This document shows positions 22,726 to 32,686 of a DNA stretch of 64,000 bases, piece by piece (the stretch's first letter is position 1; the number at the start of each line of letters is the position of its first letter). The notes below the pieces were generated by a model. The model searched no databases, had not been told where the DNA came from, and was given only the letters and a program-made list of their open reading frames with translations. Position numbers and translations under genes: made by a program. This DNA is from an uncultured Thiomicrospira sp. (lineage in GTDB: Bacteria > Pseudomonadota > Gammaproteobacteria > CAKMZV01). The stretch lies in contig OZ239628.1 in NCBI GenBank assembly GCA_965195345.1, positions 1,536,001 through 1,600,000 on the forward strand. Reading direction: 5' to 3'.

Positions 22726-24156
22726 TTACTTTAATAATTCTTTTAATAGGTCATTTACCTGTGAAGGATTGGCTTTCCCTTGAGTCGCCTTCATTACTTG
22801 TCCAACAAAGAAACCAAATAATTTATCTTTCCCACTTCGATACTGTTCAAGTTGCATTGGATTTTCTTCAACAACTTTTTTAACGATCTCTGCAATAGCA
22901 TCAACATCTGTAATTTGTTTTAGACCTTTTTCTTCAATAATATTGTCTGCACTTTTTCTCTCAAACCACATCGCCTCGAAAACTTCTTTAGCAATTTTTC
23001 CTGAAACGGTATTATCTTGAATACGATTCAACAAAGAAGCTAAATTTTCAGGCGGTATAGGGCTTTTCTGCAATTCTAAATTATCGCGATTAAGAGCCGC
23101 CAAGAAATCACCCATCACCCAATTAGCACACTGTTTAACATCCGCATTAGAAGCATCTACAACTGCTTCGAAATAGTCAGCCAGCTCTTTGCTTGAAGTC
23201 AATACGCCTGCATCATATTCGGGCAGTTCTAGTTCCTCAATAAATCGCTTTTCACGTACATCAGGCAGCTCAGGCATTGTAATAAGCACATCTTTTTTAA
23301 ATTCTTCACTGACTTGAACAGGAAGCAGATCAGGGTCTGGGAAGTAACGATAATCGTTCGCCTCTTCCTTACTGCGCATGGAGCGGGTTTCATCTTTATC
23401 GGCATCGTAAAGTCTTGTCTCTTGAATAACAACGCCCCCATCCTCAAGTATCTCTCTTTGACGTTCAATCTCATAGTGCAAAGCTTTTTCTAAAAAACGG
23501 AATGAATTAATATTTTTTATCTCAGCTCTTATACCTAATGGTTTTCCTGATTTACGCAATGATATATTGGCATCAATACGAAAAGAACCTTCTTGCATAT
23601 TCCCATCACAAATACCCAAATACTGCACAGTCGCATGAATCTTCTTCGCATAAGCGACAGCTTCTTCTGGAGAAAACATATCGGGTTCAGAAACAATTTC
23701 TAAAAGAGGAGTTCCAGCTCTGTTTAAATCAATACCCGACTCATTATCAAAGTCTTCATGCAAAGACTTACCTGCATCTTCTTCTAAATGTGCACGCGTT
23801 ATGCCAATCGTCTTCATCGAGCCATCACCTAAAACAATGTCTATTTTTCCGACACCAACAATGGGCAGTTCATACTGCGATATTTGGTAGCCTTTTGGCA
23901 GATCTGGATAAAAATAATTTTTACGAGCAAATACAGAAACAGGCGCAATCTCAGCGTTAACAGCCAAACCAAATTTAACCGCCATTTTTACCGTTTCTTT
24001 ATTCAAGACCGGCAGCATACCTGGCATTCCCAAATCAATGTGACAAGCTTGTGTATTTGGTAAGGCTCCAAAAGCAATTGAAGAACCTGAAAATATTTTT
24101 GTCTTAGTTGCCAATTGAGCGTGAACCTCTAGCCCTATAACTACTTCCCAACTCAT
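22726..24156 (-). CDS. gatB: Asp-tRNA(Asn)/Glu-tRNA(Gln) amidotransferase subunit B
   Basis: [42 protein letters not shown]; start at ATG 24156. Confidence 0.98.
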   Translation of the reverse strand: MSWEVVIGLEVHAQLATKTKIFSGSSIAFGALPNTQACHIDLGMPGMLPVLNKETVKMAVKFGLAVNAEIAPVSVFARKNYFYPDLPKGYQISQYELPIVGVGKIDIVLGDGSMKTIGITRAHLEEDAGKSLHEDFDNESGIDLNRAGTPLLEIVSEPDMFSPEEAVAYAKKIHATVQYLGICDGNMQEGSFRIDANISLRKSGKPLGIRAEIKNINSFRFLEKALHYEIERQREILEDGGVVIQETRLYDADKDETRSMRSKEEANDYRYFPDPDLLPVQVSEEFKKDVLITMPELPDVREKRFIEELELPEYDAGVLTSSKELADYFEAVVDASNADVKQCANWVMGDFLAALNRDNLELQKSPIPPENLASLLNRIQDNTVSGKIAKEVFEAMWFERKSADNIIEEKGLKQITDVDAIAEIVKKVVEENPMQLEQYRSGKDKLFGFFVGQVMKATQGKANPSQVNDLLKELLK

Positions 24157-25610
24157 ACGACAACCTCTGGTGTTCTTTGCCTGTGCCATTCACTGTGCTG
24201 CTGATATTGATGCACCGTTGCTAACAGCGTGCTTTCTGAAAAATAATTCCCAATCAATTGCGCCCCTATAGGCATGCCTTGATCAAATCCAATTGGAAAG
24301 CCTATCGCGGGTAGTCCCGCTAAATTTACTGGTATCGTAAAGATGTCTTGCAAATACATAGCTATGGGATCGTTTTGCAAAGTATTCAATTTAAAAGCTG
24401 TATTAGGCGTTGTCGGCAAATGGATCATATCTACTTTAGCAAAAGCTTTTTTGAAATCATCCGTTACCAATCTCCTTAGCTTCTGCGCTTTTAAATAGTA
24501 AGCATCATAATAACCTGCTGATAACGCATAAGTGCCAACCATAATCCGTCGTTGCACCTCTGCGCCAAAGCCTTCAGTTCGTGAACGTGTGTACAAATCC
24601 TCTAAATCCTTGGGATTTTCACACCGATGCCCATAGCGCACACCATCAAACCGAGAAAGATTCGATGACGCCTCCGCTGGAGCCAACACATAATAAGCAG
24701 GCAGCGACAGCTGTAAACTATCCAGATCAATATCTACTATCGTTGCGCCCAAACTTTTCAAATCTTCAATATTGCGCGAAATCGCTTTAACAATCTCCTC
24801 ATCCACTCCTTCAAACAGCTTGCTTACAATCCCGACTTTCTTTCCTTTCAAAGAGGCATTAATGTTATCTATGGTCGAAACACGCGGTCTGTCTATCGAC
24901 GTTGAATCACGCTTATCAAAGCCATGAATAACATCATATAGAAAAGCACAATCTTCTGCACTACGAGCCATCGGTCCACCTTGATCGAAACTAGATGCAT
25001 AAGCAACCATCCCAAATCGAGACACCGTTCCATAGGTCGGTTTTAAGCCAGTAATACCACAAAAAGCAGCGGGCTGGCGAATTGAACCACCAGTATCACT
25101 GCCTGTGGCAAGAGGAGCCATTCTTGCTGAAACAACAGCAGCAGATCCTCCAGAAGAACCCCCTGGAACTTTTGTCGTATCCCAAGGATTGTGCACTGCT
25201 CCAAAATAGGAATTTTCATTGGACGATCCCATAGCAAATTCATCACAATTTGCCTTGCCTAACATCGGCATTAAAGCGTCTTTCGTTTTTTTAACGACGG
25301 TTGCATCGTAAGGAGATATGAAATTTTCTAACATTTTTGATCCGCACGTTGAGCGAACCCCTTGCGTGCAAAAAATATCTTTATGAACCAATGGTACGCC
25401 ACATACTGCATTGCCATCTCCTTTTGAGAGTGCCTCATCGGCTAATGCAGCTTGTTTTAATGCCAAATCCGGTGTCAACGTGATGTAGGCATTTAACGTC
25501 TTTTGTAATCTCTGCGAGCGTTCAATAAAGTGTTTAGTCAACTCAACACTAGAAACTTTTTTACTTGATAACGCTTTTGATAATTCGCGTATAGATAAGG
25601 TATGTAGCAT
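24153..25610 (-). CDS. gatA: Amidotransferase subunit A
   Basis: Amidase signature [22 protein letters not shown]. Confidence 0.98.
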   Translation of the reverse strand: MLHTLSIRELSKALSSKKVSSVELTKHFIERSQRLQKTLNAYITLTPDLALKQAALADEALSKGDGNAVCGVPLVHKDIFCTQGVRSTCGSKMLENFISPYDATVVKKTKDALMPMLGKANCDEFAMGSSNENSYFGAVHNPWDTTKVPGGSSGGSAAVVSARMAPLATGSDTGGSIRQPAAFCGITGLKPTYGTVSRFGMVAYASSFDQGGPMARSAEDCAFLYDVIHGFDKRDSTSIDRPRVSTIDNINASLKGKKVGIVSKLFEGVDEEIVKAISRNIEDLKSLGATIVDIDLDSLQLSLPAYYVLAPAEASSNLSRFDGVRYGHRCENPKDLEDLYTRSRTEGFGAEVQRRIMVGTYALSAGYYDAYYLKAQKLRRLVTDDFKKAFAKVDMIHLPTTPNTAFKLNTLQNDPIAMYLQDIFTIPVNLAGLPAIGFPIGFDQGMPIGAQLIGNYFSESTLLATVHQYQQHSEWHRQRTPEVVV

Positions 25611-25623
25611 ATTTAAATAAATA

Positions 25624-25911
25624 TCATTCTATTACTTTAGGAACCAAATACAAACCCACACTCGTCTTTGGAGCAATTGCTTGAAATGATTCTCTCTGAT
25701 TAGCTTCAGATATCTCATCAGAACGCAAACGTTGCGTTATCTCCAATGGATGTGAAAGTGGTTTTATGTCTTCTGTGTTTGCTTTTTCCATCTCCGCTAT
25801 CATTGCAAGCACACTGTTAATTTTCTGCATATAGACTGGCAAAAGCTGCTCATCAATAGACAGCCGAGCAAGCGAAGCTACTTTCTTCAACTCTTCTGGT
25901 GATATAGTCAT
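25624..25911 (-). CDS. gatC: Amidotransferase subunit C
   Basis: [18 protein letters not shown]. Confidence 0.96.
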   Translation of the reverse strand: MTISPEELKKVASLARLSIDEQLLPVYMQKINSVLAMIAEMEKANTEDIKPLSHPLEITQRLRSDEISEANQRESFQAIAPKTSVGLYLVPKVIE

Positions 25912-26116
25912 ACGTGATATTTTAAAAGAAGGTTAATAAGACGATAATTTTGGCAGTATTGTACTTCTTAACGCACAAAAAGCACTCGAAAATTCCATTT
26001 GAAGTCATTTACACAAATAAGCGCATAATTATATTGCTAATGGAAATATAATTACGGAAGTGCCACCTTTCATTCCTTTCCTAGAATTGATTACACCATA
26101 TAAAACCAGATAAAAC

Positions 26117-27268
26117 ATGCGCATACATATCTACATAATCACGCTACTCATACTATCTCTGTCTTCAGAAGTCTACGCAAGCTCAAGAAAGCCGACCATT
26201 AATGCTCGTTCCTATACGTTAATGGATTTTGCAAGCAAGAAAATTATATTCTCTTCAAATCCTAACCAACTCATTGAGCCGGCAAGCATGACTAAAGTTA
26301 TGACCGCTTATGTGGTATTCGATGAAATACACAATGGCAGAATAAGCTTAACCGACACCACAAAAATATCTGCACAATCCTATAGCGCAAAAGGATCAAG
26401 AACCTTTTTAGAAATTGGATCTACAGTCGACATAGAAACTTTATTACTTGGCATGATCGTACAATCGGGTAACGACGCCAGTATTGCTCTTGCCGAATTC
26501 ATTTCAGGAAGCGAGCTTGCTTTTTCCGACAGAATGAATGAAGTTGCCCTTTCAATTGGTATGGAAAACTCAAATTTTATCAACAGCACAGGCTGGCCCG
26601 ACCCAGATCACGTCACTACAACCAAAGATCTTGCTGAACTTGCTTATCGCATCATTCAAGATTTCCCCGATCTTTATTGGATGTTTTCTGAGCGCTCCAT
26701 GACGTACAACAACATTAAACAAAACAATCGAAATGCATTGTTATGGCGTGATCCAAGTGTTGATGGCTTGAAAACTGGACATACCTCAAGCGCTGGATAC
26801 TGCCTACTCAGTTCCGCCATAAGAAAAGACAGGCGCCTTATCAGCGTCATTGCAGGAGCTGATAGCATCAACGATCGTAATATTGAATCACAAAAAATGC
26901 TAAACTACGGTTATCGTTTTTTTGTGACTGAAAAAGTGTTGCCAGCAGAAGTCGTACAAAAAGACATCCGTATTCTTGGGGGAGAAAGCGATTACTTAAA
27001 ACTTGGAGTACTTAAGGACGTCAACCTCACTTTTCCCAAAAAACGAGAAAATAAGGTGATCACTTCATTTAGCGTTCCTGAAGAAATTACAGCCCCTATA
27101 AAACGCGGTGATAGCATTGGAGTTGTAACAGTGAAAATAGATGGAGAAGTGCTTTATGAAGGCGCTCTATTCGCACTTAATACTATTCCTGAGGGCGGCA
27201 TGTTCAAAAAACTAAAAGATCACAGTATGTTTTGGGTACGCAGCTTACTTAATGACATAAAAAATTAA
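26117..27268 (+). CDS. dacA: D-alanyl-D-alanine carboxypeptidase (PBP5/6)
   Basis: PASMTK (SxxK), SGNDA, DGLKTGHT. Confidence 0.93.
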   Translation: MRIHIYIITLLILSLSSEVYASSRKPTINARSYTLMDFASKKIIFSSNPNQLIEPASMTKVMTAYVVFDEIHNGRISLTDTTKISAQSYSAKGSRTFLEIGSTVDIETLLLGMIVQSGNDASIALAEFISGSELAFSDRMNEVALSIGMENSNFINSTGWPDPDHVTTTKDLAELAYRIIQDFPDLYWMFSERSMTYNNIKQNNRNALLWRDPSVDGLKTGHTSSAGYCLLSSAIRKDRRLISVIAGADSINDRNIESQKMLNYGYRFFVTEKVLPAEVVQKDIRILGGESDYLKLGVLKDVNLTFPKKRENKVITSFSVPEEITAPIKRGDSIGVVTVKIDGEVLYEGALFALNTIPEGGMFKKLKDHSMFWVRSLLNDIKN

Positions 27269-27272
27269 TTAC

Positions 27273-28139
27273 ATGCCATTAGAACCTATTTTTTTCAACG
27301 GTCAATGGTCAAAAGAAGATAGTATAAAAATCAGTCCTTTTGATCGTGGCTATCTTTTCGGCGATGGAATTTATGAAGTAATTCCTGTATACAATAGTCA
27401 AGCTTTTCGACTACAGGAACACTTAAATCGCTTTGAAAAGAATCTGCACTCAGTCAACATCCCTATAGTCTATTCTGCACAAAAGCTAGAAGAAATTATT
27501 AAAAAAACTATTGACCAGCAACCTCTTGGTAATTATTACGTATACCTCCAAATTACTCGTGGAGTACAAAAACCGCGTGACTTTAATCCTACTCCGAATA
27601 CAGAGCCTCAAATACTAGTCTATCTTGAAAAACTTAAACCGCTCGATCAAACAGTAATACAAAACGGTCTACAAATTCGAATCGCTGAAGACCCTCGCTG
27701 GCAGCTCTGTCACATTAAATCTCTCAACTTGCTTGGATCTGTTTTGATGCGTCAAAAGGCAAAAGCTGAAAACTTAGACGACATTCTCTACATGCGCAAT
27801 AATTTTTTATCCGAAGCCACCGCTGGTAATTTTTTTGCTGTGATAGATGATACCGTTGTAACTCCTCCTGCAAGTAATGATATTCTCGCAGGCGTAACGC
27901 GTTCATTTTGTTTAGAATTACTCAAAGAGTGCCCTTGGAAAGTCAAAGAAAACAAAATAGAACTTTCGCTTTTACCAAAAATCACCTGCGCTTGGCTGTG
28001 CAGTTCTACCAAAGAACTTCAACCTATTCGCCGTATCTTCTATAAGGATCAACAGTTCAAAATAAACCATAAGCATGAAACATTCCTGTGGTTGCATCGC
28101 GCATTTAATGAGAATCGAACGAAAGTAATGAATCAATAA
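27273..28139 (+). CDS. dat: D-amino acid aminotransferase (class IV PLP enzyme)
   Basis: DRGYLFGDGIYEV, YLQITRG, IKSLNLL, ILAGVTR. Confidence 0.85.
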   Translation: MPLEPIFFNGQWSKEDSIKISPFDRGYLFGDGIYEVIPVYNSQAFRLQEHLNRFEKNLHSVNIPIVYSAQKLEEIIKKTIDQQPLGNYYVYLQITRGVQKPRDFNPTPNTEPQILVYLEKLKPLDQTVIQNGLQIRIAEDPRWQLCHIKSLNLLGSVLMRQKAKAENLDDILYMRNNFLSEATAGNFFAVIDDTVVTPPASNDILAGVTRSFCLELLKECPWKVKENKIELSLLPKITCAWLCSSTKELQPIRRIFYKDQQFKINHKHETFLWLHRAFNENRTKVMNQ

Positions 28140-28141
28140 AC

Positions 28142-28408
28142 ATGAATCAAACCAAAGAATTAGTTATTGAGTTTCCTTGTGAATTCTCTATCAAAGCATT
28201 AGGCAAGCAGACGCCTGATTTAGTAAATATAGTGGCACAACTGGTAGCAAAGCACGTTGACGTCCAAAGTAACAACATCAGTACACGTCCAAGCAAAAAC
28301 AAATCATATACAGCTGTTACAATAAAAATTATTGTACAAGACAGAGATCAACTGGATAATGTCTATCGAGCACTATCTGAACATCCCAGCATCTTAATGA
28401 CCCTTTAA
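28142..28408 (+). CDS. ybeD: YbeD / DUF493 family protein
   Basis: IEFPCEFSIKALG, RPS...Y.AVT, VYRAL..HP. Confidence 0.9.
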   Translation: MNQTKELVIEFPCEFSIKALGKQTPDLVNIVAQLVAKHVDVQSNNISTRPSKNKSYTAVTIKIIVQDRDQLDNVYRALSEHPSILMTL

Positions 28409-28423
28409 AAACATTTAATAACA

Positions 28424-29035
28424 ATGATAAAAAAACTTCTTTTCATTGGCTTTTCCTTCCTCGTCGTCAATATGGCAAGCGCTGATAGTAGCCTTGATGC
28501 TGCTTTGGAAAATATTAAAAATTTTCATGCGCGATTTATCCAAACAGAAGGAAGTAATGACCAATTCACGAAAAAAAAGTCGAATGGTGAAATATGGGTA
28601 AGTGTCCCCAATCGTTTCAGATGGCATGCCAAAGGAGAAGATGAACAGATAGTTGTTGCGGATTCAAAGAATTTATGGATTTATGACATTCCCCTTAAAC
28701 AAATAGCCGTTTATGACCAGATGCAAGCCTTAATTAATTCACCGGCTATACTCTTAAGCAATCCGTCTCAATTATCGGATGCATTCACTGTTGAATTCAT
28801 GCATGAAAATCAAAAAGGACGTTGGTATAAGTTGACCCCAAAGACGAATAGCTTCCTGTTTGATGAAGTAATATTCCTCATACGTAACAAGCGCATCAGA
28901 GAATTAGCTATGATTCAATTTGACGACAATAGCGAAACTCGACTGAAATTGCAATATAAGTCTTATAACAAGGCTATTGAAGATGAAATTTTTCAATTTA
29001 TTCCCCTCGATGGGATTGATGTTATTGCACAATAA
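28424..29035 (+). CDS. lolA: Outer membrane lipoprotein chaperone LolA
   Basis: Signal peptide, A.F.Q, PNRFRW, EQ.VVAD...LWIYD..L.Q, SPAILL, F.F.P..G.DV. Confidence 0.9.
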   Translation: MIKKLLFIGFSFLVVNMASADSSLDAALENIKNFHARFIQTEGSNDQFTKKKSNGEIWVSVPNRFRWHAKGEDEQIVVADSKNLWIYDIPLKQIAVYDQMQALINSPAILLSNPSQLSDAFTVEFMHENQKGRWYKLTPKTNSFLFDEVIFLIRNKRIRELAMIQFDDNSETRLKLQYKSYNKAIEDEIFQFIPLDGIDVIAQ

Positions 29036-29066
29036 GCAACGTGCGCTCCCGCATGGTACACCTTCT

Positions 29067-29083
29067 TGATATAATGCCGCGCG
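29067..29083 (+). promoter_or_regulatory. Extended -10 promoter with GC-rich discriminator for tRNA-Leu
   Basis: TGaTATAAT at 29067-29075 followed by GCCGCGCG, just upstream of the tRNA. Confidence 0.65.
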
Positions 29084-29091
29084 ATGATCTT

Positions 29092-29179
29092 GCCCGGGTG
29101 GCGAAATTGGTAGACGCAACGGACTTAAAATCCGTCGGTATAATATACCGTGCCGGTTCGACTCCGGCCCCGGGCACCA
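29092..29179 (+). tRNA. tRNA-Leu(TAA)
   Basis: GCCCGGG acceptor stem, ACGGA-CTTAAAA-TCCGT anticodon arm, long variable arm, GGTTCGACTCC, CCA end. Confidence 0.96.
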
Positions 29180-29706
29180 CCACAGTATTCCCATACAGCC
29201 TCAAGTGCCAGCAAAAAGTAAGGAAAAAGATAATAAAGAACCAGCCAGCAGGCATAAAATTTGTTTGAACACTAAAAAAGCTATGGACGGGTACACATCA
29301 TCAGTAATCTCTGGAAAATAGAAGCTTCCGCCAAACAAAAAATTTGCCCCCCATCTATATTCTGGACGCTGAATAGGAATTAATTTCAGAGAGTTAACCA
29401 AATTTAAATCTATTTGATGTCTAATAGGATCAGAATGAAAAAGAGTCCATTCAACACCATTTTATATGGATCCTAATACAGTATCCCTCATTTTGCATAA
29501 TGCACATCTTGCTTAAAAATAAACTCTAAACTAAATTTTTCAGTCAACACAGTAATAATAAGTAGAGGGATGGTAAGATTAGTGTCCCAAAATGTTGTGT
29601 TTCTTAAGAAGATCAATAACGTATAGTCGTTAAAAAATTCTATTTAATACTCTTTAATATTAGTATGTACAATACTATTATCGAAATAAATTACAGAAAA
29701 AATATT

Positions 29707-31185
29707 ATGAAAAACACTCATTTGATTATTTTACTCCCTTTTCTAAGTTTTATCGCAAAAGCGGACACTGTAACGAATTTTGAGGAAGTGACTACAAAAG
29801 CACCATTCGCTACGATGGCTGCTAAAAGAACTTTTGACTCTAAAAAAACCATTGAGCCTTTTATCAACTCTTCATTGTCAAAACCATCATCTCAAACTTA
29901 TGCAGGTGGTTTTTTTGAACTCAACCACAATTACCCAACAGAAATCGACAGTAACAATGAGGATTATCCTTGGAAAACTGTCACTAACAATGGAGTGATA
30001 ACAAAAGCTAACGCACTAGAGTATGTTATGGCACTAAAAAGTTATGTATCAACAGATATGCGTAACCTCATCATTAATACGACAAATCCCAATAATGTCA
30101 ACTGGTATCAATCGATTTGGCTTGGAACAGAACGTGAACCTATTCATGGAATGTACGTTGGTTCAGGATTTCCTGCACAAACACTTACGGGACAGAATAT
30201 AGACTTAACAACGTATGTTTATACGCTATACGACAAACGAGCAGCTAAAACGCTTGGAGATATTTGGGGAGTGAGCAGCACATCGGCTATGAAGCCCAAT
30301 ATTACTACTGAGACAACTCAGTACGCTGAAGGAAGCGTAATCGTTAAATTTGCGTTCGTAACGGCTTGTGGTTCAGATTGGAGCCCTATGGAAGGAGCAG
30401 CAGTTTGGCAAATTTACGCACCTGTAAATATTAGCAACGGTACCGCTAAATCCGATAAATCAACATGTCCAAACAGAGGTCATGATAGCAATGCAATCTC
30501 ACCAACACTAACTAATGTCTATCTCATGCAATTCGATATAATCGTTAAAGATAGCCAAGCTTCTACTGATACTGGGTGGGTTTTTTCTACTCTTGTTTAT
30601 GATAAAAACAGTACAGGTAATGATGTTTGGGACAAAATGATTCCTTTAGGTGCAACTTGGGGTGGAAATCCAGAGATAATCAACACAGATACTACTGCTT
30701 TAACCCCTCCAGTAATAGTCAATGCTTCATTAACAGAAAATTGGATTAATAACAATACCCCCGCGTATTCTCGTTCAACGTTAGGATGGGACGGTCGATT
30801 ATCTGGACCTAATGACGGTGCAGTTGTCCAACCTGCTTGGGCAGGTGTGAGGTACTATCATAAAGGAATTGCAACAGCAGGGTGTATTGGATGCCACTCC
30901 AGCGCACAATATCCTATGACTTCCTTTTTATTGCCAGCAACCACTAATCCTCCTCAAAATAAAGAAATCCCTCTAACAAACAATAGTAACGTAGCTGATT
31001 TGGTTTTAGTTTTACCTCAACCCGGGGGTAAATTATGGATGAAATGGTTTAGCAGAAATAGTGGCTATACTCCAATGGGACCTGCAAAGAAAGATGGTAA
31101 AAAACCTGTTGCACTTGACTATGATATGGTTACTGCTTTTAAAGCAATTCCAAACTGGACCGCAGCAACGCAAGCAAATAATTAA
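29707..31185 (+). CDS. Secreted monoheme c-type cytochrome, putative expanded cytochrome P460-like fold
   Basis: Signal peptide MKNTHLIILLPFLSFIAKA; CIGCH; EGSVIVK, IVKDSQ...GWVF and DMV motifs in P460 order. The ORF is secure, the family call is tentative. Confidence 0.55.
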   Translation: MKNTHLIILLPFLSFIAKADTVTNFEEVTTKAPFATMAAKRTFDSKKTIEPFINSSLSKPSSQTYAGGFFELNHNYPTEIDSNNEDYPWKTVTNNGVITKANALEYVMALKSYVSTDMRNLIINTTNPNNVNWYQSIWLGTEREPIHGMYVGSGFPAQTLTGQNIDLTTYVYTLYDKRAAKTLGDIWGVSSTSAMKPNITTETTQYAEGSVIVKFAFVTACGSDWSPMEGAAVWQIYAPVNISNGTAKSDKSTCPNRGHDSNAISPTLTNVYLMQFDIIVKDSQASTDTGWVFSTLVYDKNSTGNDVWDKMIPLGATWGGNPEIINTDTTALTPPVIVNASLTENWINNNTPAYSRSTLGWDGRLSGPNDGAVVQPAWAGVRYYHKGIATAGCIGCHSSAQYPMTSFLLPATTNPPQNKEIPLTNNSNVADLVLVLPQPGGKLWMKWFSRNSGYTPMGPAKKDGKKPVALDYDMVTAFKAIPNWTAATQANN

Positions 31186-31275
31186 CAAGAATTCCCTATC
31201 GTTCTTTCAATTCCAACCTCACTCAAGCACTTACATATTATAGTGAGGCTTTAAGTAAGTACTTCATCATTAGAG

Positions 31276-31452
31276 ATGAATCGAATATTGGGATTTGATG
31301 GAGAGAAATTCAGTGCTGCGATCAAATACTCCGAACGGTTAAGTTTGCGTTTTCTGAAATGACCTCAATAATGGGGAAAGTGCACATGCAACAATCTCAA
31401 AATAAAATGGATGGTGAGTAAGTTCAGGAATGAATATTTAAACCAGCACTGG
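31276..31452 (+). mobile_element. Degenerate IS3-family transposase (integrase core) remnant
   Basis: KFRNEYLNQHW at 31420-31452 resembles IS3 KFRDECLNEHW; upstream DGEKFS and LSLRF...GK segments interrupted by stops. Confidence 0.45.
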
Positions 31453-31473
31453 CGACATGATATGTTGTATTAA

Positions 31474-32271
31474 TCAACCATCTGTGTATAAATGCTCCCA
31501 TTTTCCATTTATACAATAATAGACATTCCTAACTGATTCAATTTTTTCATCTACTAATCCATCATGAGTGATATGAGTCATCCTCAATGCATCTTTGTGC
31601 ATATAACTCGTTAGATTATTCCCACCACCTCGCTTTTCATAACTTGCTATGTGTTTTCCACCAAAGTAAATATGATTGACTTCGTCTCCACTTGCAAGAT
31701 TCTTCTCATAAATCTTACCAATATAAAGACTCTGCACACCATTCACCGTCTTTAGAAAACGACTACCACTCTCATCATAAGCAAATCCCGTACGATTACT
31801 GCCTTTTTTAAAAAGTGTGGGTTTGTTCTGTGCGTTATAAGTGATTTGGGTACCGTTTACTGCACGAGTCATATTACCCAGCGCATCATAATGAACATTG
31901 ACACCACCAGCACTCAACAATACCCCCCTTAACGTATTCGACTGTTGTTGATAATCCCCATAAAGATAATTACCCGCTGGACCACTTAAAATATCACCAT
32001 GATCGTTATAACTGTAAGTATGGTTATATGATTGCTGAGGAGCCACGACCGAATGCGTTAAGATACGATCCATATGATCATAGCTCATACTCTCTTGACG
32101 AGTGAGTACATAGTCTTGTTTCGATACTAAATTGTTCATCGCATCGTAACTAAACTCCAAATCCTGTATATTGGTGTTATCACCTTTAAGCATATTACCC
32201 GTCTGCAAACCCATCAAATAACCACTCGCTTGATCGTAATCAAAACTACTCATCAAACTATTACCGCACAA
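31474..32271 (-). pseudogene. RHS/YD-repeat protein fragment
   Basis: YD repeats (YDAMNNL, YDHMDRI, YDALGNM, YDESGSR), YMHKDAL; no proper start, upstream in-frame stop, no DPxG core end. Confidence 0.8.
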
Positions 32272-32524
32272 GGCTCGGGTACGCCCCTCAACATCCGTTT
32301 AATTAATCAATAGATGGATGCCGTTATAAAAGGCATTCCATTTTATTACGAAACCTGTTTTTTATAATTTACAGGATATATGGGACGTTAATTAAGACCC
32401 TATCAGCCATTAACGGCAATGGAAATTTATAATTTCATCCAAACATTTGAGATTTGTCGAAAAATGCGATAAGCGATCAATGATCCTTCATTTCTCTAAT
32501 GATTTTTCAACACGATCAAAGAGC

Positions 32525-32655
32525 AAAACACGTGAGCCGAAAATTAAAACGCCCCCACTAGGGAGGGCGATGGCTCGTATTGAAACTTCGCCTGCGAAAT
32601 TAAAATTTCTTGGTATGAAAAGCTATTTCGTCAGATTCCTATCAGTTATACTAAG
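32525..32655 (-). ncRNA. tracrRNA of the type II-C system (ends approximate)
   Basis: 21-nt perfect anti-repeat at 32630-32650; on the minus strand it is followed by CAAG, a GAAAT-TTTA-ATTTC hairpin, a nested GAGCC/CGCCC..GGGCG/GGCTC stem and a U-rich tail. Confidence 0.85.
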
Positions 32656-32686
32656 TAAATACATTTTAACTTCAAAAGAGAATTCT

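Noticed and set aside
29022-29268. Short ORFs on both strands over tRNA-Leu
   Set aside because: Shadow frames of the tRNA
32447-32686. 80-aa N-terminal extension of Cas9 in the ORF track
   Set aside because: It overlaps the tracrRNA, and RuvC-I starts right after ATG 32687 as in other Cas9 proteins
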